This document shows, piece after piece, positions 14,026 through 27,230 of a stretch of DNA of 64,000 nt. The translations under genes were made by a program, and so were the position numbers. Numbering within the stretch: the first letter of the stretch is position 1; each line of letters starts with the position of its first letter. The notes below the pieces were generated by a model, which saw nothing but the letters and a program-made list of their open reading frames with translations, did not search any database and had not been told where the DNA came from. This DNA comes from Octopus vulgaris (Eukaryota). The stretch spans positions 8,246,001 to 8,310,000 of the forward strand of contig OX597827.1 of NCBI GenBank assembly GCA_951406725.2. The letters are read 5' to 3'.

Positions 14026-14368
14026 TGGAGATTTTCAGACAAATAAATGAATTAATGCATACATGAAAACATTGAAAAGAACTGCACTGAATAGAAAAAC
14101 AGACCATAAACTGAAGACTTCTCACAGACTTGCCAATACTGTTAAAGCTATGGATATTAATTCTCTGTATTTGAAAATTAGTGCTACCATGATTTCTTCA
14201 CAAAATATCATAATGTAATTTATACTGGCAGCTTATTAAAAATTTTTCCTTTGAAAGTAATTTTGTGTGCACATATGCTTATGTATATACATAAGTGTGC
14301 AACTATATATATATATTTGTGTTCAAATGTCTATAAGTCTGTGTGTGAATGTGTATGTGTTTGTATAT

Positions 14369-14404
<36 letters not shown>

Positions 14405-14738
14405 CTATACATCCTATTTTTGTATGTAAATGCAACAAAATATTTATGAATGTAAATTAAGATTCTTTGGATATGCATGTAGAGAATCATATATTTAACT
14501 ACTTATATTATCTACACACACACTTTTATGTGTATACATATACATAAATATATATATATATATATAAATATATATATACATATGGTTATAGACACACACA
14601 CACACATATATATATATACATATATAAATAGGCATGTACATCTACATTTATACATTTATATACACGTATATATGTATTTGTGTATCGATCTAGCTCTCTC
14701 CCTGCTCTTTCTCCCTCTCTCTCTATCTCTCCCTGTTT

Positions 14739-14844
14739 ATCACCTGACGAGATACATCTGCACTGCCAGATGCTCCGGAACCAGTTGTTGACTGTCCCAT
14801 CCCAGAGGGATCGATGCTAGATGTGTCGAAACAATTGTCGTGAT
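14739..14844 (+). ncRNA. Type-I hammerhead ribozyme motif with intact core
   Basis: Stem I ATCAC/GTGAT; CTGACGA at 14744-14750; stem II GATACATCTG/TAGATGTGTC; GAAA at 14828-14831; palindromic stem III ACAATTGT; GTC triplet, predicted cut after 14839. Confidence 0.8.
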
Positions 14845-14885
14845 TCATAAATTCTCATATATTCCATCTTCAGTCTTTCATTTGC

Positions 14886-15203
<318 letters not shown>

Positions 15204-15469
15204 TTTGATGGTTGATGATACTCACCATCATTTGACAATGAGTACTCAGTTCTTTAGTCAACTAATTTACCTGCTCCTCAATTAACATGTGAGCAGCTGA
15301 ACATTCCACAAACGAGTACACACTTAATATAATCCGTTGGTAGAACCAGCATAATGTAGTGTGTGAGATAAGGCCATGCCTTTTAAATAAAGCCAGTTAA
15401 TATCCACACAATTCTCATCAATCCAGTTTCACTCACAAGGTGTCAGTCATCCTCAGACTATGCAAAAAA

Positions 15470-15680
15470 ACAAACCAGCACCAATTGCCAAACAAAGGAG
15501 GGAAGGTTAGTACACACACACACAAACACATACAATGGGCTTCTTTCAGTTTCCGTCTACCTAATCCACTTATATGGCTTTGATTGACATGAGATTATAG
15601 CAGAAGACATTTGCCCAAGGTACTATGCAGTGAGACTGAAGACGTAACCATTTGGTTGAAAAGCAAGCTTCTTACCACAA
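15470..15680 (-). mobile_element. Decayed SINE family A
   Basis: GGCTTCTTTCAGTTTCCGTCTAC...TTGCCCAAGG...CTTCTTACCAC. Confidence 0.75.
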
Positions 15681-16090
<410 letters not shown>

Positions 16091-16518
16091 TGAGAAAGAC
16101 TTACACACACTGCACATAAAACTATACCATCTGAGTGGTTAGTGTTTCTATGTGTAAATGCATTTTTAATGTGTTCATGTGTTTATATTATACATGGTAT
16201 ATTGAAAGGTTTCCTGTTCTCTTAAACTCTGTTAAAATCAGTACAGAAGGTGTATGTTTTTAGAAATATCATTATATCAATCCCTATTAAACCTTCATCA
16301 TTGTATATACACACATACAAACATATGCTATGTCACATGCACCTACACACATAAGTACACACATATGTATATGTGTGTGTATATGATTATATATATATAT
16401 GTCTATATCAATATAGTCTACTGTATATTGCTATATCTATCTATCTCTCCATGCATTTATACATACATATATATTTATATATATATATATATATATGATA
16501 ATGATGATGATGATGATG

Positions 16519-16573
<55 letters not shown>

Positions 16574-17097
16574 AATGATGATATATATATATATATATAC
16601 ACACATATATATATATATATATGACATTGCACACACACACACATTATATGACATTGCACACACACACACATTATATGACATTGCACACACAAGTGTACAG
16701 CCAGATACAGATATATACACACATGAACAGAGACATGCATATTCATACATGGACACAATTACTCGTATTACAGTAAGTGTGTATTTGATAAATTGGCAGT
16801 GGAAATGATAATATCTATAATGTAAATCTTTATAATATTGCGGCAAATTTTCGAATGACAGGATGTAATAATAATTGGTTTAAATACAGAGAGATTAAGA
16901 GAGGAAGCAGGAAAGAAAGTGTGTGTGAGAGAGAGAGTGAGAGAGTAAGAGTAGAAGAGAGAAAGTGATAGAGAGGAGGAGCTGAATGAGAGAGAGAGAG
17001 AGAGAGACACACACACACACGCTGCTAGAAATTTATGTCAATAAATATGCATAGACAGGTATGGACATATATTTTTATAGTAATTCCTACAGAAATA

Positions 17098-17207
17098 TTA
17101 TATATATATCTATATCTATCTATTTGTCTATCTATTTATCTATCTATCTATCTACCTACCTACCTACCTACCTACCTACCTACCTACCTACCTACCTACC
17201 TACCTAC

Positions 17208-17258
<51 letters not shown>

Positions 17259-17432
17259 CCTACCTACCTACCTACCTACCTACCTACCTACCTACCTATC
17301 TATCTATCTATCTTTGTGTATATATATGTGTGTGTATGTGTGTGTGTATGTGTGTGCACATACATATATACATGAGAGATAGAGAGAGAGAGAGAGAGAG
17401 AGTGTGTGTGTGTGTGTGTATGTGTGTGTGTG
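17098..17432. repeat. (ATCT)n/(ACCT)n/(GA)n/(GT)n microsatellite
   Basis: Read directly. Confidence 0.95.
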
Positions 17433-17994
17433 AGTACTTATACATGCACATCCATATTCATTTCTTTGCTATGACAGCCTTTTCTTTCTTGTAAAAATAT
17501 AATCAGAATTTTGTTCACCTTGATCAGTTTGGGTACATTACATTCTACCCTTCCCATCTGACAGCTATTTCAACAAGGTTTTACAGGAATATGTCCCTGT
17601 ATTTTGTACATCAGTGGAAGAAGCAAGTAGCTACAGAAACATCCTGATGATATGGAAGTCTGCTGTATTTTACAAATAAGCATATTTTCTTTACATTGGT
17701 GTGTTCTTGATTCATTCATATATTACGCAAAGGCATTGATCATAGGCTCAACTTATGTCTAATTAGTTATAAAGCTATCAAAGTGAATACATGCCTCAAT
17801 TAAATAAATTGTGATGTTCCTTGTGATATGCTTTGTGATGTGTCTTCTGAGGGTCATATTTATCTAATTACTGCATAATTTGCTCCTAAGTATTGCATGC
17901 TTTCTAAATTAATACATCTGCAAGTCAAGTGTGATGGAAAAATTTTCACCTCATGAGTTAGAAAATTTTTGTGTAAATAAAGATTCTTGTTTTA

Positions 17995-18216
17995 CCTTTT
18001 CATTACCGTATTTATTTTCAAATGCTCTGAGTTTCTTTCAATTAATTTTAAATATAACAAAGAATTTCGTAAAAGAACTTAGTAATCGTTAAGCTAGTGT
18101 TAGGAATGTAAATTGTGACTAAGATTTTGCGGAAGATTTTAATTCAAAATTCATGAAAACAAGACATCTGTACAACAGAGCTAGAGGCAGTTTCAGCTGG
18201 GTTGGTATCAAAAGAG
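17995..18216. mobile_element. piggyBac-type MITE, second copy
   Basis: Aligns over its whole length with 2006-2226; TTAA at 18217-18220. Confidence 0.72.
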
Positions 18217-18649
18217 TTAATTCCCCTTCTTTGAGGTGGCTACTTTAAATTTTGTCCCTCGTGACTGACTGCTGTTTACAGCAAGGCTATATAAGAACCA
18301 AGTTCTTTCCAGACAGTCTAAACAAGCAAACTGGAAGAGGATTCTCTACAAGTTCTCAAAGGTTACTGTAAAGGAAATATATGCATATTTTCTTAATGAA
18401 TGCATGTATGTATGTATGTATGTATGTATGCATGTATGTATGTATGTGTGTGTGTGTGTGTGTGTGACATTCTCTGTTTCATTTTATATATTTCACACAG
18501 ACATTGATAATTGTACCCACTAAAGTCTAATGAAATATAGAGTACTTTCAATGAATATATGCTTCAATTAGATGAACTAAGGTAAGCAATACGAACTGCA
18601 ACATATGTGTTTACTTACTATATACAACCACATACCACACATTTAGACA

Positions 18650-18681
<32 letters not shown>

Positions 18682-18682
18682 T

Positions 18683-18725
<43 letters not shown>

Positions 18726-18919
18726 GACACCAAACATATATGAAGGGCTTTTTTCAATTTCCCTCACATGTCCTCCCAAGGCATTGATTGGCTTGGAGCA
18801 GCAGTAAAAGTCACTTGCCTATGGTGCTGTGCTGTGAGATTGAACCCAAAAATCACATGAATAAGTAGTGAACATTTCACCTCCAAGCCATGCATATAGA
18901 TATTTGCACACACCCACAA

Positions 18920-18994
18920 GCATGCATGTATGTATGCATGTATGTATGCAGGTATGTATGCAGGTATGTATGTATGTATGTGTGTGTGTATGTA

Positions 18995-19027
<33 letters not shown>

Positions 19028-19124
19028 ATGTATGTATGTATGTATGTATGTATGTTCTATGTATGTATGTATGTATGTATGCAGTATGTATGTATGTATG
19101 TATGTATATTCATGTATGTATGTA

Positions 19125-19155
<31 letters not shown>

Positions 19156-19224
19156 ATGTATGTATGTATGTATGTATGTATGTATGTATGTATGTATGTA
19201 TGTATGTATGTATGTATGTATGTA

Positions 19225-19255
<31 letters not shown>

Positions 19256-19300
19256 ATGTATGTATGTATGTATGTATGAATGTATGTGTATATGTATGTG
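18920..19300. repeat. (TATG)n/(TG)n microsatellite
   Basis: Read directly. Confidence 0.95.
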
Positions 19301-19509
19301 TTTCAGTAGACTGCTCAGCGTTGCTGTGGATGAGATAATTGCTCTGATACTGATGCAACCATAATAAAATACATGCAGTACACTCAGAAGGGGGAATCAA
19401 GCAATAGAGACTATATAAAATTTTAAATCAATGCATAAGATCAGAAATATTAAGTTCTTCTTTGGTTTTATATATGTATACACTGCATATGGATATATAT
19501 ATATATATA

Positions 19510-20281
19510 TTCTTTTATTCTTTTACTTGTTTCAGTCATTTGAATGTGACAATCCTGGAGCACCGCCTTTAGTCGAACAAATCGACCACAAGACTTATTC
19601 TTTGTAAGCCTAGTACTTATTCTGGCAGTCTCTTTTGCTGAACTGCTAAGTCACAGGGATGTAAACACACTAACATCGATTGTCAAGTGATGAAGCAGGG
19701 ACAAACACAGACACTCACACAAATATATACATACATACATATATATATATATATTTTGTGAAATAGAAAGATGAATAATCTTGTTGCAGATTAATCAAAA
19801 GTTTTTTCCAACGGAATTCCTATTTCTTCCTGAAGAGAAAGACACAATATGGTCTCCTTATTCAATCAGAATTTGGTAAATTGTGCCTTTCGAAACACGT
19901 GTAGAATGCAATAAAACGATTTCTGTTCAATCTTCGTTCAACTCCATTTCTTCAATTCACCAATAATATATATATATATACATATATATAATAATTATTT
20001 GAGGGAATATTAATCCTAACTTACAGGGAAAGATTCAATTTAGAAATACTAACTCAAATTTCACACAATATAATATATATATATAAAAATTAGAAAAAAA
20101 CACCTTTTATCAATTCAATATATATATATATATGACAGGATTCTTTCTATTACCAAATCCACTCACAAGGCTTTGGTTGGCCCAAGGCTATAGCAGAAAA
20201 CACTTGCCCAAGGTGCCACACAGTGGGACTGAACTCAAAACCATGTGGTTGAGACACAAGTTTCTTACTACAGAGCCACTC

Positions 20282-20285
<4 letters not shown>
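19510..20285 (-). mobile_element. Older SINE family A copy, split by insertions in its internal microsatellite
   Basis: Tail half at 19510-19720, head half at 20132-20285, unrelated sequence between. Confidence 0.8.
19825..19906 (+). ncRNA. Type-I hammerhead ribozyme motif
   Basis: CTGAAGA at 19830-19836; stem II GAAAGACACAAT/ATTGTGCCTTTC (one mismatch); GAAA at 19892-19895; palindromic stem III ACACGTGT; GTA triplet; short stem I TTC/GAA; AATAAA just downstream. Confidence 0.72.
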
Positions 20286-20359
<74 letters not shown>

Positions 20360-20361
<2 letters not shown>

Positions 20362-21130
20362 GAAAATGAAGGGGAGTGTGGAGATTTATTCACATCCAAA
20401 ACTTTTTATTTAAAAAGTTTTCTACACCATATGTAACAATGACCAACATATGTTTCAACTGCAGCCACTGCACAGTGCTCTGTATGCAATGATGCATCCT
20501 AGTCACTGCAATTTCATCAAGGGTCCATCACTTACAACGTTTCCAAAGTGAACTGATTCAAACAAGCTTCCTGCGTTGGTATTCAGTTGAAGGCACTAGC
20601 TTTACTTTTTAAGTCAAATTGAATTCCGGTCTTATGATCACCTCTACAGGTATTACATTTGAATCATGGTTTATAAATTGCTCATTCATATTTCAATCAT
20701 TTGAAGCATTTTTGTTTACATTATATTGTATAGGGTACAGAGGGAATTCATTTATGTTGGGGTTTATACCCTCCATCCATATTAACATTGTTATTATTAC
20801 TAAAATCATTTTAGTATTCTTTGCAAAAATATCATTAATTATCACAATCATTATATTAATGAGTATAATTATTATATATGATTATTTATATGTCTTTAAA
20901 TCATTTAAACATGTATTTAATCCAATGTGTACATCTCGTAGCCTGTTCCTTTTTAGAGTTTATAATAGCATATTTAGAAAAGAAACTTTGGTACATTTCT
21001 TCCACACGAAAGTTAGATCTATTATTGTCTTTTGTATAAGGCTTTGTTTTACTAATCATTTTCCAAGCAACCGAAATACTTTTTTTACAATCTTCAAGTG
21101 CTCAAATTAGCATACTAAGGCCGGTAGTAT
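20360..21130 (-). mobile_element. Penelope-like retroelement 3' relic: GIY-YIG endonuclease C-terminus plus hammerhead-bearing terminal region
   Basis: 21128-20901 translates TTGLSMLI*ALED...VAWKMISKTKPY...EE...IINSKKE...RCTH.IKY, matching the recalled C-terminal pattern of Penelope-like GIY-YIG domains; followed by a hammerhead motif and AATAAA; flanked by microsatellites. Confidence 0.7.
20441..20525 (-). ncRNA. Hammerhead ribozyme motif with variant core
   Basis: Minus strand: stem I GACC/GGTC; CTTGATGA (one extra base); stem II AATTGCAGT/GCTGCAGTT; GAAA; palindrome AACATATGTT; GTT triplet. Confidence 0.62.
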
Positions 21131-21162
21131 TCACATACACACATCTCTGTATGTGTGTATGC

Positions 21163-21228
<66 letters not shown>

Positions 21229-21579
21229 TCACACATATAATATATATGTATATGGTGATGTGTGGATTAGTTCTTACAGAGTTGCACTCATGATTGTAAG
21301 ATTGTGATTTCAATTCCAGGGCTTGGTGATGTTTTATATTTTGGGGCTAACGCTTCATTTCATGTTGCTTCATTTCACTCAACTCGCAAAAATTAGTAAT
21401 TCTGGGGCCTCTCACAGTAAGGAAATATATACTCTGCAGAATCTGGAAAATTGGCCTCATGAGACTATGGCCCAGGAAAACCACTGAGCTCTCCTTTTGT
21501 CATATACAATCATGTATGCACACACACACACACACACACAAATACACACATATATATATATATATATATGTATGTATAT

Positions 21580-21970
21580 TGATTGTGTGGTATGAAGCTT
21601 GATTCTCATCCACATGGTTCTGGGTTCAGTCCCACTGCATGGCACCTGGGATATCTTTTACTATAGCCTAGGGCCAGTTAAAGTCTTGTGAGTGGATTTA
21701 GTAGACGGAAACTGAAAGAATCCAATCATGTATATATATATATATGTATATATATCTATGTGTGTGTGTGTCTTTGTGTATGTGTTTGTCCCCACACCAT
21801 TGCTTGACAGCCGATGTTGGTGTGTTTATGTCCCCAAAACTTAGTGATTCAGCAAAGAGACCGATATAAGTACTAAGCTTACAAAGGAAAAGTCCTAGAG
21901 TCAATTTCTTTCACTTTAAGCAGTGCTCCAGCATGGCTGCAGTCAAAAATGACTGATACGTATAAAAGAG
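21580..21970 (+). mobile_element. Diverged SINE family A
   Basis: Head, body and tail all recognisable against 5680-6095. Confidence 0.85.
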
Positions 21971-22011
21971 TATGTACTCATATGTATATACATATGTAAA
22001 GATAATTATAC

Positions 22012-22048
<37 letters not shown>

Positions 22049-22128
22049 TGTACATATAAATATATAAATAGTAGTTAAGTTTCTATATTGATATATATAT
22101 ATAATTATGTATATTATATATATAATTA

Positions 22129-22224
<96 letters not shown>

Positions 22225-22463
22225 TATATATATAGACAAATATTTATGCATCAATACATATAGACATACACATACCCACATGTACAAATTCACACACATT
22301 ACCAGAATTATAGATAATCAATTACTGTGTATACATATATATGTGTGCATATGTGTATGTGAGAGTGCTTGAGTATGTTTGAGTGGGTGTTTGTGCTAAC
22401 TGGACGTGTGTATGTGTGGTAGCTCATGTGTCTGGATATATTTTCTTATATAATAAGCATATA

Positions 22464-22677
22464 TTCTTCTCTACTCTAGATACAAGACCCAGAATTTGTG
22501 GGGAGGGTGCCAGTCGATTAGATCGACCCCAGTACGCAACTGATACTTAATTTATCGACCCTGAAGAGATGAAAGACAAAGTCGACCTTGGTGGAATTTG
22601 AACTCAGAATGTAAAGACAGACAAAATACCTCTGAGCATTTCACCCGGCGTGCTAACGTTTCTGCCAGCTCGCCGCC
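22464..22677 (-). mobile_element. SINE family B, tail type 2, with a degenerate ~21-bp TSD
   Basis: Head GGCGGCGAGCTGGCAGAAACG; flanks CTTATATAATAAGCATATATT and CTTATATGATAACTATATATT. Confidence 0.85.
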
Positions 22678-23229
22678 TTATATGATAACTATATATTGTT
22701 ATAAGAGTATGCTCACTTACAAATATAAACAGTCTGACACATAGGCATATGTTTATATACAAATAATATGCAAAAATCAACATTACTTTTTTTTTTTATT
22801 GTTCTCTTCATACTGTGTCTGTTATATTATATATACATATGTATGTGTATAAGCTCTACATTACTTTATAGATATGCACACTTACACAAACATACACACA
22901 TACACACACATACATACATACATACACACATTTATTAGCTTTTCTTAGTTGTACATATTTAAAAACTTCTGAGTGAAAATTCGTAACTAGTATCTAAATT
23001 TCTAAACAGTTTAGTGAAACATTTTGTTTGAAACTTCACAGTTAGTAAAGAGGAAATGTAAAAGAAAATTTCCCCAGGTAACAGGTATTTATTGTGCTTA
23101 AATATTACTTAGATGACATACACACATATACACACACTCACACACATGTATATGAATGCTAATCTTTGTATCTTTATATCTCTATAGCCATCTAATTAAG
23201 TACGACATATATGTATATATATATTTTTA

Positions 23230-23295
<66 letters not shown>

Positions 23296-23333
23296 GTATA
23301 TACATACATATACAAACATATATGTATGTATGC

Positions 23334-23378
<45 letters not shown>

Positions 23379-23434
23379 GTATATATATATATAGATAAAT
23401 AGATAGATAAATAAATAAATAGACAGAGATAGAA

Positions 23435-23485
<51 letters not shown>

Positions 23486-23502
23486 TAGACAGACAGACAG
23501 AC

Positions 23503-23585
<83 letters not shown>

Positions 23586-23643
23586 CAGATAGATAGATTG
23601 ACAGATAGATAGATTGACAGATAGATAAATGGATAGGTAGATA
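23230..23643. repeat. (CT)n/(TA)n/(GACA)n/(GATA)n microsatellite
   Basis: Read directly. Confidence 0.95.
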
Positions 23644-23866
23644 TAACTTTCTTTAGTTATTTGTTGGATTGTAAAATGTGAAGGATATCTCGATGCCTTA
23701 ACTTGAAAATCGATCCTTGTTTCCATTAAAGAGTTTAGTTTCTATAGTTAATAAAGTTATTATGTACACCTATTTCACTCCCCAACAAACTATAGCAATG
23801 TAGTGAGGAAAACTTTCGCAGTGTTATTTACTTCTGTTTTGAATAGTACAATGAACAGAAGCAAAC

Positions 23867-23962
23867 CTGCTGTTTGGGCCATAAGATATATGGCAGTCTG
23901 ACATGAATGGACCAAACACCACAAGGGTTTGAAGAATAATCAATAAAAATGGGTGCCTGGAG
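23867..23962 (-). other. Candidate 96-nt exon
   Basis: ttgcttttttag acceptor and CAG|gtttgc donor; unique sequence, open in two frames; no recognisable homology. Confidence 0.25.
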
Positions 23963-24735
23963 CTAAAAAAGCAATATTTAGAATACAGAAATACATTCGG
24001 TTGCCTTTAAGACACAACCCGACACTTCTTAGTTGAGTAGTATTAGACTTTGGGTTTGTTTGTTTTTCTTTTTTTTACTTAAAGCACAATATAGTTAAAT
24101 AGTTAAATAGTTAAATAGTTAAATAGTTTGTATTGTATGGTGTCATCATTGTTGATAAATACAATTAAGTATGAATTTTACTTTTACAATATGTTGATTA
24201 ATTTCCCTAAAACAATCAAGATAAAACATGTGGAAAGAAAAGAAAAAAAGAAGTAACATCAAATATAGCAACAACAAACAAATAAAAAAGAGAAGAAAAC
24301 TATTATTAACATTTCCAATGATTAATTACTACATAAATATAAGAGACTGTAAGACTTTACAAAATATTTTTAATTTCTATATAAGTATTCTGTCTTCAGT
24401 TTTACAATATGGTTTGTAAAACAAAAACAAAAAAAAAAGTGCACACACAGACACATACATATACATACACACATACATATACTCACATACACACACACAC
24501 ACATACATATATATCTAAGTGTATAAATATGTATATATATATATATGTGTGTATAACTATTACAGCATTGCAGATTTGTTACAAATTTTTTGCAAAATTA
24601 CTGTTAACAATGTGAATTATTTCTATGAGCACACCTGTATTACCTTGTAAAAACATAAGTGTGGTTTAATACAAAAAAAAGTCATGTTATGTATATATAA
24701 TATATATATACATATATGTATATATATATACTTAC

Positions 24736-25090
24736 TTGTATTACTAAATCCATTTCTGTTTGTTGTTAGATGAAATGTGTATCCTGCTGTAGAGTTGTAC
24801 AGTTACTGCTGCTGTTGTGTTGGCGTGGTAGGAGAATTATATGGGCTGTTCTGTGTTGTGTTGTGAATAAGAGAGAGAGAGCGAGAGAGAGAGAGAGAAA
24901 GAGAGAGAGTGAGTGAAAGTGAGAATGAAATGGAAAAGAAAATAGAGAGAGTGACTGAGAAATATAGAGTGAGCGAGCAAAAAGAAAGAGAGAGTAAAGT
25001 AGAAAGAGCGGAGAGGGGCCTGTTCTCCTATTAAATGGAATATGTATTTAATATCTGCTGCTGCCAATGACAGGCTGATTGGGGCTTGCA
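24736..25090 (-). promoter_or_regulatory. Candidate promoter and first exon (5' UTR + MDLVIQ)
   Basis: CCAAT motifs at 25064 and 25078 in opposite orientations, TATA-like TATTAAATA at 25045-25053, CT-rich leader, gaaATGG start at 24753, CAA|gtaagt donor at 24736. Confidence 0.3.
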
Positions 25091-25283
25091 TGGGAGGAAA
25101 TAAAAACTCTGCATTTAAATAGCAGCACACAAGTCAATGTAGTCTTGAGTCATTTGTAATTTTGAAAACACAACCACATACACACATACAAACTGCATAT
25201 GCAAGTGCATACACACATATACACATACACACATTCATATACATAAGCATACACATATGTATATAGCTATATTACATATACAT

Positions 25284-25480
25284 ACACCTTATACATAAAT
25301 GTATATATAAATTCACACATACATATATACATACACCTTATACATAAATGTATATATAAATTCACACACACACATATACATATACCTTATACATAAATGT
25401 ATATATAAATTCACACACACACATATACATATACCTTATACATAAATGTATATATAAATTCACACACACATATATACATA
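25284..25480. repeat. ~48-bp minisatellite, 4 copies
   Basis: ACCTTATACATAAATGTATATATAAATTCACAC repeated four times. Confidence 0.9.
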
Positions 25481-25967
25481 TAAATATACACCAATATATA
25501 TATATATATAGATATATATATATACATATGTGAGTGTGTGGATACACACATACACACACACACAGACATACACACACACACATACTACTGTATGTGTATG
25601 AGGGAATCATTTTCATACATAGGAAGGGGAAAATTTTAGCAAAATTATGGGCATATAAATTCTTTTATGAGCCTATATGCTGCACTGTATGTAAGAAAGC
25701 ATGATCAAAAATGAGAATGTGTGATGGTGCATATGTTTGATAGAAATGAATGTGCATATCTAAATATTTGTGCATGTGTATATGTGGGTGTGTGCATGTG
25801 CATTCGCACAAATATATCTATGCATCCTTTCAATCCTTTTCCATCATGTGTGTATGTATACAGACACAAAAAAACACTTACACACATGCATATAAATACA
25901 TAAGTACATGCAAATGTACATACATAGAAACATACACACATACACACACACACACACACACGCATAC

Positions 25968-26004
<37 letters not shown>

Positions 26005-26122
26005 GAGACAAACATTACAAACCATAAATAGCAAATTCTTATAATTCATTTTGAAAAAGCAACTACACACACATACACATACATGCACAAGCACTCACAC
26101 ATACTCACACGCATACACACAT

Positions 26123-26158
<36 letters not shown>

Positions 26159-26288
26159 AGACAGATATTCACTCACACACATGAGAGGAATAGATGAATT
26201 ATTTATTAACAAATTTATGTAACTTATGTTGCACAAGTAACTAATATGAGTATGTACACACATATGTATATATGTATGTGTATGTATG

Positions 26289-26320
<32 letters not shown>

Positions 26321-27183
26321 TCAATTTGTAAATATATACATATACCAATATTTTTAAGTGTATATGTATACATTATGCATATGTTATGTGTGTGTGTGTA
26401 TATATATATATACACATATACACACAGATATACACACAAATATATACACATGCACAAACATATAGAAATATATCTTTATAGTTATATATATATATATATA
26501 TTTATGTATGTAAGTATTTATAGTCATGCAGGAAGATGGGTTGGCAGGTGATGGAAGGAAGCTTCATTTGCTATTTATCTGTTTATTCAGTCCTATCAAA
26601 TTTCCTTTATCTACAACACATAAGAAGATATGTACTAATTACAAAGCCAAGAAACATCTGCCAGATCTTATTCAGAGAACACATATTTAATAATGCATAT
26701 GAAAGAAAACTGCCCCATTAAATAAAAATTAATTCTATCTTATGGTATTTGCAGTTATCTTCCGATGCACAATTTTTAAAAATAATTGTCAAAGAGAATG
26801 GGAAAAACTCATTTTTAGTAAAGAGGAAAAGGAATTTCTTCTTTCCAAATGGAAAATATATTGACTTAACATGAACACATTTTTATAATCTCTACCTGCA
26901 ATTACAGGTATATTTTTAGTAGCACATAGTTCTTTCAAAAAGATTTCTGTAAAAAAAAAAAAAATGCTGCCAAAATAAAGAAAATTATTTTCTAAATTAG
27001 CTATTGTAGTTGAAGAGATATATAAAATTAGTAACAATTCATAAGTCTAAATGTAGTCTGTATTGAAAAAGTATATAAAATGTATATTTTTTTCTTGAAT
27101 TGGAGTATATCATTTCTCAGAAACATAAAACTATATTTTTTTCATTGTAATATATATATATATATAATATATATATATATATA

Positions 27184-27230
<47 letters not shown>

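Noticed and set aside
17644-17670. Other CTGANGA heptamers (e.g. 17645, 11774, 39955, 56669, 62673)
   Set aside because: No downstream stem II plus GAAA plus NUH arrangement
20619-21110. 163-aa hydrophobic plus-strand ORF
   Set aside because: Antisense shadow of the AT-rich Penelope-like relic on the minus strand
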